Virus record (IMG/VR): IMGVR_UViG_3300033808_000067
Location: 1 to 24,923 of that record
Origin: a virus
Taxonomy: Duplodnaviria > Caudoviricetes
Strand: one strand, 5' to 3'
Length of the DNA: 24,923 nt
Positions 14,719-22,602 of this stretch are shown here, piece by piece. The notes under the pieces are model-generated. The model had not been told where the DNA came from. It made no database searches and saw only the letters and a program-made list of their open reading frames with translations. The translations under genes were made by a program, and so were the position numbers. Within the stretch, counting starts at the first letter, position 1. Every line of letters begins with the position of its first letter.

Positions 14719-17700
14719 ATCTGCAGTTCGGATGCTGCGGCGGCTGAACAGTCCCGCCCGGAAACAACTCGCCGAACGGCATCGGGCCGGCGTCCTCGTT
14801 TTCGACGCAGACCGCGCACCTGTCCGAGAAAGGATCCGTGAGCCAGGCGACCGTCTGCACTCCGGCCTGCCGGTAATAGCCGGCCATCCCCTCGGCTATC
14901 GCCCAGGTAACCTCTGTCTGGGTTACTGTCAGCGCAGCCGGGATACTGCCCAGATCCGATCCCAGGCCGGCTTCCAGTTCCCCTGCCGGAACATTGGCGG
15001 CGGAAGCCAGCCGGGTGGTGATGGCATCTACCCGGGTCGCGGTCATCCCGTTAATCCGGGCTGCGGCCCGTGCGAGCGTCTGCTGCAAACCGATCTCGTC
15101 GGCAGCGGGCTCAGGCTGCCCGAGGAGTGTCGCAGCCGTCCGGCGTCCCAGTGCATAGCCGGCTGCCCACAAGTCCCGCAGGATGCGGGTCAGCACCGCC
15201 TGGATGGCTGCCGCGACCGCGGTGTCCTCCAGCCAGATACTCGGGCTGGAGCTTGTGAACGGCTGCCGGGCCAGCCAGCCCTGGGCTAGAGCCCGTGACG
15301 ATACTGCCGCAGCTAGAGCGGCTGCTAGTTCCCTGGCCGCCCGGCGGGCTAGCTTCCTGTCATGTTCCCAGCCGGGATTCCGCCCGGCCGGCAGTTTTGG
15401 GCGGCGCCCGCCGCCTGCCTTATTCGCCGGATCCGAGCCCTGATGGAACTGGAATGAATGTGTCTGATCCCACGGCCCGCCGTCCGCCGCGACGAACCCG
15501 ACATATGCTTTGACCGGCCGGTTAAGTTCCTTGTAGGCCAGTGTCCGGTGATGCCCGTCCACAATTTTGATCTTGTCGTCGCCGGGTTCCTGCACCGCGA
15601 CCACCGGCTGAGTATGCGCCTCCCCGGCCTTAATCTGCCGGGCGAACTCCCGGACCCTGGCCTGCTGATGCGTAGCCGCCCATTTGTGAATGTCGTCCAT
15701 GTCAATCCGGTCCACGGGAACCTGCACGGGCCCGATCCACCGGGCGTCCCGCATCCACCCGAGTGCTTTATCCGGAAAGTTTTTCCGCATCTGGTTGATA
15801 ACATGCTCGGCTTCAACCGGGTTCGGGTCCGTCAGATCCGCGGCGTCCTTGGCTAGCACGTCCCGGGCCGCGCCGATCACCTCGTCGGCTGTCAGGCCCT
15901 TGGCGAGGTCTTCGCCGATCGTCGCCATCAGGACCCCGGGCAGGTCCCTGGCCTGCCACCGGCCAGGATCGCCGCCTTTCCGCAGATAGGAACGCAGCAG
16001 GTCCAGTTCCCGCATTTTCCGCCCGGCCGCCGGCTGCCCGTTGCGGGCCGGCGTGCCAGCATGCGCCGGCGTGCCGGGAACATCCGTTCCGGTCGGGTTC
16101 CGCGGCGCGGTAAGTGCTGACCGGGGCCGCTGGCCTGGCAGCGGCGGCGGCGTATCCGTCTGCGCCTGCGCCTGCGGCTGAACCTGCGCCTGCGGCTGCC
16201 CGGCTGCCGGGGACTGCTGCCCGGTCACCGCCGGCGACAGCTGGGACGTGAACGGGATGAATCCGGTCCGCTCGGTTGACCAGCCGGGATCGGAAGTAGC
16301 AGGCAGGTTCCACGGGTCAAGCCCGAGTTCGGCGCGGGCCTCATCAATGGACCGCATGCCGGTGCTGACCTGCTGAACCAGCAGGCTGGTCAGCATCTCA
16401 GCGTCTTCGTCTTCTTCGAGACCTTCCCAGGTCCATTCCAGGTCAGACTGCCCGCAGACTCTTTGCAGAATCGTGTCGAAAATCGCGCATTTCATCCACT
16501 TGAGGAACGGGACAGTGCCTTTCCGTTCCTGCGTATCCTGCGAGCTTTTCGCCATCTGATTGCCGGCGCCCATAGTCTGGGTGGTCGAAACCCTGGGCGT
16601 TATCCCCAGTTCCATCGGCATCACGTTGAAAGCCATGCAGACCTGCACCATGACAATCTCATCGAACTGGTCTGCGAGACTCACAGGTTTCTGCGGGTCC
16701 ACTTTCGACCCGCCCGGCAGGACAATGATCTTATGCTTCCATGCCTGGTCTCCGGCCAGCGCATTCAAGGCGTCTTGCAGCTCGCGGATCTGCGTGGGAG
16801 TCATATTCGGGTCACCAGGTGACACGAACAGGCCGGGAATAGATCCTTCCTGAAAGAAATTCATCTGATATTGCTGTTTATTCAGCCCGGTCATCACCGG
16901 GATGATTGCCCGCTCGATCGGAGCCTGCCCGTACGGCGTCCATGTCCGCTGCGAGAACGGCAGGTACATCAGCTGGTCGGCCCGGTATTCGGCAGCGATT
17001 TTCTGCTCATCAGGATTGTCTTCGCCTAGCAGCAGGGTCATCAGGTCGACGCGGGGCACGCCGTACAGGAACTGCTGGAACGCGGGGTTCGGGGGGAGCG
17101 GCCGGCCGCCGCGGATGTCGACCAGCGGTCGTATCAGCGTGCCGTCGAGCAGGTCCAGCGCGGCAATGTCTGATCCGAGGAGTCCTTTTTTCCGGGCCAT
17201 GGCCGGCTGGCTGTAGACGGCGAGCGCGTCGGTGACGAATACTTCTTCGAGGAGCGCGTCGAACCAGGATGAAAAGTCGGAGTACATCGGGTCGGGGCGG
17301 GAGAAGAACCGGACGGCTGCGGCTTTGCGGGCGGCGAAGTCTTTCATTCCGCTCCGGTCGCCGCGGAGGGCTTTGGCGGCGTTTTTGGTGAGGGTAATAT
17401 CCCAGCCGATGCCGCGAAGTTCTGATTTGCGGAGTTCGATGCAGGCGCGGGCGACGGAGTACAGGTCGGCGATGGTGCGGAGTGTCTGGAAGTTGGCGAG
17501 CTTGCCGACGCCTTCGGTGCCGGGCATGCCCATGGGCATGTTCCAGCCGACGTTGTATTGCCATCTGCGTGGTTCTGGCCGGTCTTCGCCTGGTTCGGGG
17601 ATGTCGACGGGGACGGGGCGGATAGGAGCGAGCGGGCCGAACATGCCGGACAGGAACGCGGCAGGGTCGCGGGGGAGCGCGCCCTGAGTGCCGTAGGCGT

Positions 17701-17851
17701 GCCCGGATGTCCATTCGCTGTAGGAGGCGACGAGGGGGGACGGGCCGGGGCTGATGGATGGCGCGGCGGGGATGGCAGAGTACCCGCCGGCCTGCGGGTT
17801 CGGGGCCGTGGCCTTGAGCGCGCGCATGATGGCACGGGTATCCGCGGGCAC
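14693..17851 (-). CDS. Portal protein fused to a ParB/Srx-like domain and a C-terminal MuF-like minor head domain (1052 aa)
   Basis: Portal: 'VARACIELRK', 'PYGQAPIERA', 'FFQEGSIPG', 'AFNVMPMELG', 'SIDEARAELGLDP'; ParB: 'PVVAV...IVDGHHRTLA'; MuF: 'WLT...RCAVC..N...PPQHPNCRC'. Confidence 0.85.
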   Translation of the reverse strand: MPADTRAIMRALKATAPNPQAGGYSAIPAAPSISPGPSPLVASYSEWTSGHAYGTQGALPRDPAAFLSGMFGPLAPIRPVPVDIPEPGEDRPEPRRWQYNVGWNMPMGMPGTEGVGKLANFQTLRTIADLYSVARACIELRKSELRGIGWDITLTKNAAKALRGDRSGMKDFAARKAAAVRFFSRPDPMYSDFSSWFDALLEEVFVTDALAVYSQPAMARKKGLLGSDIAALDLLDGTLIRPLVDIRGGRPLPPNPAFQQFLYGVPRVDLMTLLLGEDNPDEQKIAAEYRADQLMYLPFSQRTWTPYGQAPIERAIIPVMTGLNKQQYQMNFFQEGSIPGLFVSPGDPNMTPTQIRELQDALNALAGDQAWKHKIIVLPGGSKVDPQKPVSLADQFDEIVMVQVCMAFNVMPMELGITPRVSTTQTMGAGNQMAKSSQDTQERKGTVPFLKWMKCAIFDTILQRVCGQSDLEWTWEGLEEDEDAEMLTSLLVQQVSTGMRSIDEARAELGLDPWNLPATSDPGWSTERTGFIPFTSQLSPAVTGQQSPAAGQPQAQVQPQAQAQTDTPPPLPGQRPRSALTAPRNPTGTDVPGTPAHAGTPARNGQPAAGRKMRELDLLRSYLRKGGDPGRWQARDLPGVLMATIGEDLAKGLTADEVIGAARDVLAKDAADLTDPNPVEAEHVINQMRKNFPDKALGWMRDARWIGPVQVPVDRIDMDDIHKWAATHQQARVREFARQIKAGEAHTQPVVAVQEPGDDKIKIVDGHHRTLAYKELNRPVKAYVGFVAADGGPWDQTHSFQFHQGSDPANKAGGGRRPKLPAGRNPGWEHDRKLARRAARELAAALAAAVSSRALAQGWLARQPFTSSSPSIWLEDTAVAAAIQAVLTRILRDLWAAGYALGRRTAATLLGQPEPAADEIGLQQTLARAAARINGMTATRVDAITTRLASAANVPAGELEAGLGSDLGSIPAALTVTQTEVTWAIAEGMAGYYRQAGVQTVAWLTDPFSDRCAVCVENEDAGPMPFGELFPGGTVQPPQHPNCRCELQPALR

Positions 17852-17877
17852 GACACCCCCGGCATGACCTGAAACGC

Positions 17878-17906
17878 TTGCATGTTAACCGGGGTTGCTG
17901 TAACGT
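17878..17906 (+). promoter_or_regulatory. Putative housekeeping-sigma promoter for the plus-strand gene pair
   Basis: TTGCAT - 17 bp - TAACGT, upstream of GGAGG SD and ATG at 17950. Confidence 0.5.
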
Positions 17907-17949
17907 TGCCCATGTAGCAAGCCCAGGCTGACATCCCGGAGGACAGAAA

Positions 17950-18297
17950 ATGGCCATCATGCTTGAGGGCAGGACCGCGACCCCGTACCTGATCGAGGCC
18001 GTATACATGCCCGGCGACCCGCCGGACGTCCTGTTCTTCCCGAACGAAGACGCTCTGATCAGCTGGCTGTGCAAAGACATCGAACACGCCTATTACCAGA
18101 ATGACGGGCATACCAGCCAGAAGATCTACCAGTACGCCAGCGGCCAGCTGACCGAGCTCACGGTCACGTCAGCGAACCGGACTCAGGATTTCGACATGGA
18201 TGCCGACCGGATCTGGATCTGCCAGCGGTTCGACGTGCTGCTGCCCGCCGGGACGCGCCTGTTCTCGTTCACCGTCTGCTTCGACGGCGACGCCTGA
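17950..18297 (+). CDS. Hypothetical protein (115 aa), moron-like
   Basis: GGAGG SD, strong GC3 bias, opposite strand to the late operon. Confidence 0.75.
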   Translation: MAIMLEGRTATPYLIEAVYMPGDPPDVLFFPNEDALISWLCKDIEHAYYQNDGHTSQKIYQYASGQLTELTVTSANRTQDFDMDADRIWICQRFDVLLPAGTRLFSFTVCFDGDA

Positions 18298-18338
18298 ACC
18301 AGCAGTCAGCCGTAAACCAAACCGAAAAGAGGTAAAAA

Positions 18339-18554
18339 ATGGCAACCTATGACGTGACAGCCATCTCACATCAGCGTGACTACACGCCGCTCGCCGCCAG
18401 CGTGCCAGCGCGGCCAGTGGCCGAGGAAGTTGCTCGTACCGCTTCAGCCGCAATGTCCGGTGACCAGACCCTCTGGAGTGCAGTCCAGGTAAAGGAAGCT
18501 CATACCGGCCAGATCGTCGCCACCTACGTGGCCGGAGTCAGGCAGCTGACCTGA
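18339..18554 (+). CDS. Hypothetical protein (71 aa), moron-like
   Basis: AAGAGGT SD; follows 17950..18297. Confidence 0.7.
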   Translation: MATYDVTAISHQRDYTPLAASVPARPVAEEVARTASAAMSGDQTLWSAVQVKEAHTGQIVATYVAGVRQLT

Positions 18555-18564
18555 TTTCAGCCCG

Positions 18565-18717
18565 TCAGCGCCCGTCGCCTGTGTTCCCGGCGGCGGGCGT
18601 TTCCTCGCCCGCCTGGGCCGGGTCATCCAGGAGTGCTCGCAGCAGAGCAAGTCGGTCAGCTACCTCCCGGGCGATTTTCTCGCTGACCGGAATCCCAGGT
18701 CGTTCAGCCGGTTTCAA
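18565..18717 (-). CDS. Small hypothetical protein (50 aa; absent from ORF track)
   Basis: TTG overlaps the upstream TGA (TTGA); MKPAERPGIPVSEKIAREVADRLALLRALLDD... Confidence 0.4.
   Translation of the reverse strand: MKPAERPGIPVSEKIAREVADRLALLRALLDDPAQAGEETPAAGNTGDGR
18568..18604 (+). terminator. Hairpin after plus-strand gene pair
   Basis: GCGCCCGTCGCC...GGCGGCGGGCGT followed by TTCC at the convergence point. Confidence 0.45.
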
Positions 18718-18926
18718 TGCAGCACCAGTCCGCCGCGACAGTAAACTTCATGATCACGGCGTTCCGCCATCATCTCCGGCAGCTGCCTCCGGTGATTAGC
18801 CACCCACACCCGGCCGCACCACCTCTCGCCGTTAGTGCACAGCAGAATCCCGGGAACACGGATCGGCGCGCCGAACACCGACCCCGCCGGCTCGGCACCC
18901 GGATCTGAGGTGACTTTGACGGTCAC
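18714..18926 (-). CDS. Small hypothetical protein (70 aa)
   Basis: GTGA start/stop overlap with the upstream gene. Confidence 0.5.
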   Translation of the reverse strand: MTVKVTSDPGAEPAGSVFGAPIRVPGILLCTNGERWCGRVWVANHRRQLPEMMAERRDHEVYCRGGLVLH

Positions 18927-19126
18927 CGGGACGGGTGAGCTTTCAGCTGGGCGATTTCAGCTTCCAGGACCTCGATACGAATCCTCAGATCCAGGATGGT
19001 GGCATGGATACGGTTCACGTCCCGGACGGTTCCCTCGACGCGCTGGAGAGCCGCCTGGGCGGTGCTGGAAGCATCCTGGGCGGCGATCTGCGTATCCGGC
19101 ACCCGACTGTCGCGGTAAAGATTCAA
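18923..19126 (-). CDS. Small coiled-coil protein (67 aa)
   Basis: AGGAGG SD and TTGA overlap give MNLYRDSRVP...LDLRIRIEVLEAEIAQLK; 3' part of track ORF 18923..19318. Confidence 0.6.
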   Translation of the reverse strand: MNLYRDSRVPDTQIAAQDASSTAQAALQRVEGTVRDVNRIHATILDLRIRIEVLEAEIAQLKAHPSR

Positions 19127-19365
19127 AATGGGCCTCCTGGTTCTGGCGGCAGGTCTTCCGGCCACTGCACACTGTTGGCAGGCCATTTCCCGTCCGGCCA
19201 GAACTCGACGGATGCGAGGGTCGTGTTCTGGTGGAACTCTAGTCGTTTCACCCGCGGGCAGGCGCGAGCATGGACGCCGCCGCAGTGCATGCAGCAGCGG
19301 TCCCGGAAGATCCGCCATATTTCCGTGATCTCGTCGTCGGTGAATCCGTGGCCCGGGTCGCTCAT
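19123..19365 (-). CDS. Small Zn-binding hypothetical protein (80 aa)
   Basis: ATGA overlap with upstream stop; 'CMHCGGVHARACPRV'; 3' part of track ORF 19123..20061. Confidence 0.65.
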   Translation of the reverse strand: MSDPGHGFTDDEITEIWRIFRDRCCMHCGGVHARACPRVKRLEFHQNTTLASVEFWPDGKWPANSVQWPEDLPPEPGGPF

Positions 19366-19988
19366 GCGGCGAGCGGCCAGATCATCCAGGCGACCAGGCT
19401 CGTGTCTGTGCCGGAGGTGGACCGGATCGTGAATCCCGTTCCCGCAGTGATCGTGTTGACGTAAACGGCGCCGGGTGTGCCGCCGGGGGCCTGGGTGGTG
19501 AGGAAGATACGGGATGTGGCAGTGATTGCTGTTGTTGTCACCGTAGCCCCGCCGGCGGCGAGGGTGATAGTGCCTTGCGGGATGCTGATCGCGCCTGTCT
19601 GGCCGTTCAGGGAAATAACGTACAGGCCGGGCTGGGGCTGGGCCATGACCGGGGCGGGGATGAGCGTCGACATGTCCACCGTGGTGCCGAGGGTGTGCGG
19701 CAGCGTGATGTTGAACGGCGTCTGATAGGTGCAGGCAATAGCCTGAGTGACCGTGTAATAGAACGGGTTCGGGACGACTGCCGTGTTGTCGGTGCAGGGC
19801 AGGGTGACCGTGAATGCTCCGGCGGTGAGCGGGGCGACGATCGGGGCGTCGGTCAGGATCGTCGTCCCGGCGATGTCGCACAGCGGAGCGGACGGGGTGA
19901 ATAGGACGGTCCCGCCAGCGGGGGCGCCGGTGACAGTCATGTAGCTGCCGGTGACCGTGATCGTTGTCAGGTTGCCTGGCAGTGCCAC
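19362..19988 (-). CDS. Virion structural/fibre-like protein (208 aa)
   Basis: AGGAGG SD before GTG at 19988 (MALPGNLTTITVTGSY...); N-terminal domain similar to 4753..5682; 'VISLNGQTG' fibre-type motif. Confidence 0.7.
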   Translation of the reverse strand: MALPGNLTTITVTGSYMTVTGAPAGGTVLFTPSAPLCDIAGTTILTDAPIVAPLTAGAFTVTLPCTDNTAVVPNPFYYTVTQAIACTYQTPFNITLPHTLGTTVDMSTLIPAPVMAQPQPGLYVISLNGQTGAISIPQGTITLAAGGATVTTTAITATSRIFLTTQAPGGTPGAVYVNTITAGTGFTIRSTSGTDTSLVAWMIWPLAA

Positions 19989-20057
19989 CGGGATCAGCCT
20001 CCTGGCTCCAGCCGATGCCGAACCGACCGCCATCACCATTTGGGGCGAATGCGGCGC

Positions 20058-20201
20058 TCACTTCTCGTCCCGGACGGCAAGTCCGGCTTCCAGGAGCCAG
20101 ATCATCTGGCTGTTCAGTGACCTATGATCCGTTTCAGCCGATGCCTTGATGAGCGCGTGCAGGTCCTCTGGGATACGGACGTTAACGTTCTTGATAGCCA
20201 T
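20058..20201 (-). CDS. Arc-like ribbon-helix-helix DNA-binding protein (47 aa; absent from ORF track)
   Basis: MAIKNVNVRIPEDLHALIKASAETDHRSLNSQMIWLLEAGLAVRDEK; matches the Arc/Mnt pattern 'xNxRIPxxL...A....RSLNxxxxxxL'. Confidence 0.8.
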   Translation of the reverse strand: MAIKNVNVRIPEDLHALIKASAETDHRSLNSQMIWLLEAGLAVRDEK

Positions 20202-20223
20202 AGAATGATGCTATCATGTAGCC
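20202..20223. promoter_or_regulatory. Overlapping divergent leaderless promoters and palindromic operator
   Basis: TATCAT 6 nt before tnpB ATG (+); TAGCAT 6 nt before RHH ATG (-); palindrome ATGAT-GCT-ATCAT (20205-20217). Confidence 0.6.
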
Positions 20224-21399
20224 ATGCAGGAGACCGTGCGTTACAACTACCGGCTGCGCCCTGGTGCCCAGGCGGAACGCGCGCTGCTCGCTGAGTGGGC
20301 TCGGTGCCGGTGGATTTGGAACGAGTGCGTTCACCAGTACCGCGCCGGGCGAAAGCCCACTCGATGCAAGCTGGGAAAACTGCTGACCGAGGCACGCAGG
20401 CAGTTCCCCTGGCTCCGCGAAGGCTCCCAGAACGCCCAGCAGCAGATGCGAGACACCTACATGCGGGCGCTTCAGGATTCCTTCCGAGTCAAAGGCCGGG
20501 GCCGGCCCGTGCTCAAGCGTCGGAAGATTGAATTGCCATCGCTGGAGTACACAGTCAACGGGTTCAAGATCAAGGACGGCCTGCTGTTTTTGCCCAAGGG
20601 CGTCTCGGTGCCCGTGGTGTGGTCCCGTGACCTGCCTAGCGAGCCGAAGAGCGTCCGGATCTACCAGGACAGCCTCGGCTACTGGAACGCATCGTTCGTC
20701 GTCCGACGTAAAGCAGAGCAGTTCCCCGAGGCTACGGGCGGCATCGGCATCGACTGGGGCGTCAAGACTCCCGCAGCTACCACCGACTCTGCCTACGATC
20801 TGCCGTATCTCGGGCACCGGAAGCGGTGCGCCGCCGAGGTTGCCCGGGCTCAGCGGAAGATGGGCCGCCGGGCCCGCAAACGCGGCGGCAAGCTGCACGG
20901 CATGCAGTCGAAGAGTTACCAGCACGCGGCCCGCCAGGCCGCTCGGCTGCACAAAAAGGCTGCCCGGCAGAACCGGCACGACGGACGTCAGTGGGCCAGG
21001 AAGGTTACCGCCGATCACGCCCTGATCGCCGTCGAGGACTTCCGGCCCAAATTCCTCGCCAGGTCCACGATGGCCCGCAAAGCAGCCGACTCCGCAGTCG
21101 GCACCCTCAAGCGGACCCTCATCGAGTACAGCACGCGGGCTGGCCGGAAGGTGGTGCTGGTCCAGCCCGCCTACACGACCATGACCTGCTCTGGGTGTTT
21201 CGCGAGAACCAAGCAACGCCTTGAGCTGGCCGAGCGGACTTTCGTGTGCCGGTCCTGCGGAATGGCAGAGGACCGAGACGTGAACGCTGCCAGGGTGATC
21301 CTGGCCGTGGCAGAACGGGGCCACGCAAGCGCTGAGGATATAAGACCCGGATGCCTTCGGGCAAACAGGCAGTCTGAGTTTGGAATCCCCCGGCTTTAG
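20224..21399 (+). CDS. tnpB: RNA-guided endonuclease TnpB (IS200/IS605 family), 391 aa
   Basis: N-terminal HTH 'YNYRLRP...CRWIWN'; RuvC-I 'GIDWG', RuvC-II 'AVEDF', Zn finger 'CSGC...CRSC', RuvC-III 'DRDVNAA'. Confidence 0.95.
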   Translation: MQETVRYNYRLRPGAQAERALLAEWARCRWIWNECVHQYRAGRKPTRCKLGKLLTEARRQFPWLREGSQNAQQQMRDTYMRALQDSFRVKGRGRPVLKRRKIELPSLEYTVNGFKIKDGLLFLPKGVSVPVVWSRDLPSEPKSVRIYQDSLGYWNASFVVRRKAEQFPEATGGIGIDWGVKTPAATTDSAYDLPYLGHRKRCAAEVARAQRKMGRRARKRGGKLHGMQSKSYQHAARQAARLHKKAARQNRHDGRQWARKVTADHALIAVEDFRPKFLARSTMARKAADSAVGTLKRTLIEYSTRAGRKVVLVQPAYTTMTCSGCFARTKQRLELAERTFVCRSCGMAEDRDVNAARVILAVAERGHASAEDIRPGCLRANRQSEFGIPRL

Positions 21400-21436
21400 C
21401 CGTGGGGAACCGTTAACCTCCTGGCGGGTTCCCGTC
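21340..21436 (+). ncRNA. Predicted 3' part of TnpB omega/reRNA: right-end hairpin plus flanking guide (boundaries approximate)
   Basis: GGAATCCCCCGGCTTTAGCCGTGGGGA...GTTAA is a typical IS605-type right end overlapping the tnpB stop; by analogy the guide is the next 16-20 nt (CCTCCTGGCGGGTTCCCGTC). Confidence 0.65.
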
Positions 21437-21730
21437 GACGGTGATCTCGGCGACCAGGACTTTCGCGATGACGTGCACGACCTGGCTGGCTGCGGTGACG
21501 AGCTGGAGGTCGTCGACTACGGGGATGGGCCGGCCGGTGTCCATGTCTTCGAGGCGGACGGGCCAGCCGTGGAGGATGGTTTCGCCGGCGGGGCCGTCGC
21601 TTAACGGGGCGGGTGCGGGGAGGACGAGGCGGAGCTGTGCCCATCGGGGGCCGGATGGCATGGTCGGGGGAGGGTTTCCGGCGGCTGGAGACGGGGCTGT
21701 GGGACGGCGGCGGGGGCGGGTTATTCGCAC
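21413..21730 (-). CDS. Hypothetical protein (105 aa)
   Basis: Start overlaps upstream gene end; its TAA stop lies in the GTTAA element end. Confidence 0.55.
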   Translation of the reverse strand: MRITRPRRRPTAPSPAAGNPPPTMPSGPRWAQLRLVLPAPAPLSDGPAGETILHGWPVRLEDMDTGRPIPVVDDLQLVTAASQVVHVIAKVLVAEITVDGNPPGG

Positions 21731-22041
21731 CCTGGCGTTACCTCGGTTTCGCCGTCATCGTGACTGCCTGTTTTGAATATCGTGCCGGCGGTATTCGTGT
21801 TCATGGTTACGGTTGTCGTGCAGGTAGCGGCCGGGGGGCAGGTGTGCTCGGATATCCAGGGGGCTATTACAGTGCCGCAGTCGGTGCATTTCCATCCTAT
21901 GGCCATCGGCGGTCGGCTGGCTGCCGGTTCCGGCCATGTCGGGATGCTGCTGTTCCAGGTGTACGGCCACGTATATGAGGAAGTGCCGGTCCAGTAGCCG
22001 CCGGGACCGGTGTCATATGTGCCGGAACCGGTGTGACTCAT
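21721..22041 (-). CDS. Small Zn-ribbon hypothetical protein (106 aa)
   Basis: AAAGGCGG SD before ATG at 22041; 'GWKCTDCGTVIAPWISEHTC'. Confidence 0.6.
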   Translation of the reverse strand: MSHTGSGTYDTGPGGYWTGTSSYTWPYTWNSSIPTWPEPAASRPPMAIGWKCTDCGTVIAPWISEHTCPPAATCTTTVTMNTNTAGTIFKTGSHDDGETEVTPGCE

Positions 22042-22107
22042 ATTTCCGCCTTTCAGGCCGATTAGAGGAAGCCGCAAGCGTTATCGAATAGCTCTGGGAA
22101 AGCCCGG

Positions 22108-22569
22108 TCATTTAGGGGCGCGACTCCCAGCCGTGATATTCGAGTCGCACGGATGATGTCCGTAGGCTAGGAACCACTTATTGGCTTTCCGGAACCTATC
22201 GCCAAGCCAGAATCCCCATTCCCGTGCCGGGCGGCCGGTGATGAGCACCGTCCAGGCGCCGCCTGTATCAGGCACAACTGTGTGGCGGTGAAGGGCCGGG
22301 CGGTAGCGGACCGATCCGGCAGTCAGGTGATCAGCGTGGCCGGGATTCTTATCGGTGTACCCGCCGGACAGGACGAAGGTGACGAACCACCACGGGTGGT
22401 CGTGGAAGGCGCGATTATCATCGGGGCCGAGCCAGTGATGGACACGCAGCGATCCGAGCGGGGTTTCGAGCCGCCAGCAGATCACGTACGGGCATTCGGG
22501 CAGGCCGAGTCGCTCGGCCAGTCTGACCAGTACGGGGTAGGGGAATCGAACCCGCCGTCGCCGCCTCAT
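22108..22569 (-). CDS. Cupin-like phage protein (start uncertain)
   Basis: 'LRVHHWLGPDDNRAFHDHPWWFVTFVLSGGY...RYRPALHRHTV...WTVLITG...WGFW' has cupin HxH and distal His motifs. Confidence 0.7.
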   Translation of the reverse strand: MRRRRRVRFPYPVLVRLAERLGLPECPYVICWRLETPLGSLRVHHWLGPDDNRAFHDHPWWFVTFVLSGGYTDKNPGHADHLTAGSVRYRPALHRHTVVPDTGGAWTVLITGRPAREWGFWLGDRFRKANKWFLAYGHHPCDSNITAGSRAPK

Positions 22570-22602
22570 CTGAGCGGTGCTCTGCCGTTGAGCTATCCCC
22601 GT
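22531..22602 (-). tRNA. Degenerate tRNA-like element (GAU at the anticodon position; probably a pseudo-tRNA)
   Basis: Cloverleaf: ACGGGGA-TA-GCTC AACGGCA GAGC-A-CCGCT CAGATGA GGCGG-CGACG-GCGGG TTCGATT CCCCT-ACCCCGT-A; A33 instead of U33, two stem mismatches, no encoded CCA. Confidence 0.6.

Noticed and set aside
17010-18111. Long alternative-frame ORFs (356 and 255 aa) over the portal 5' end
   Set aside because: Arg/Pro/Ser-rich off-frame translations overlapping well-supported genes
19123-20061. 312-aa ORF as a single gene
   Set aside because: The 5' part is an off-frame overlap of the 208-aa structural gene; only the last 80 codons from the ATGA overlap look real
20182-21324. 380-aa minus-strand ORF
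   Set aside because: Antisense shadow of tnpB caused by high-GC codon bias
20181-21417. GTTAAC at both sides of tnpB as element ends or target duplication
   Set aside because: The left copy lies inside the intact RHH coding sequence, and IS200/IS605 elements do not make target duplications
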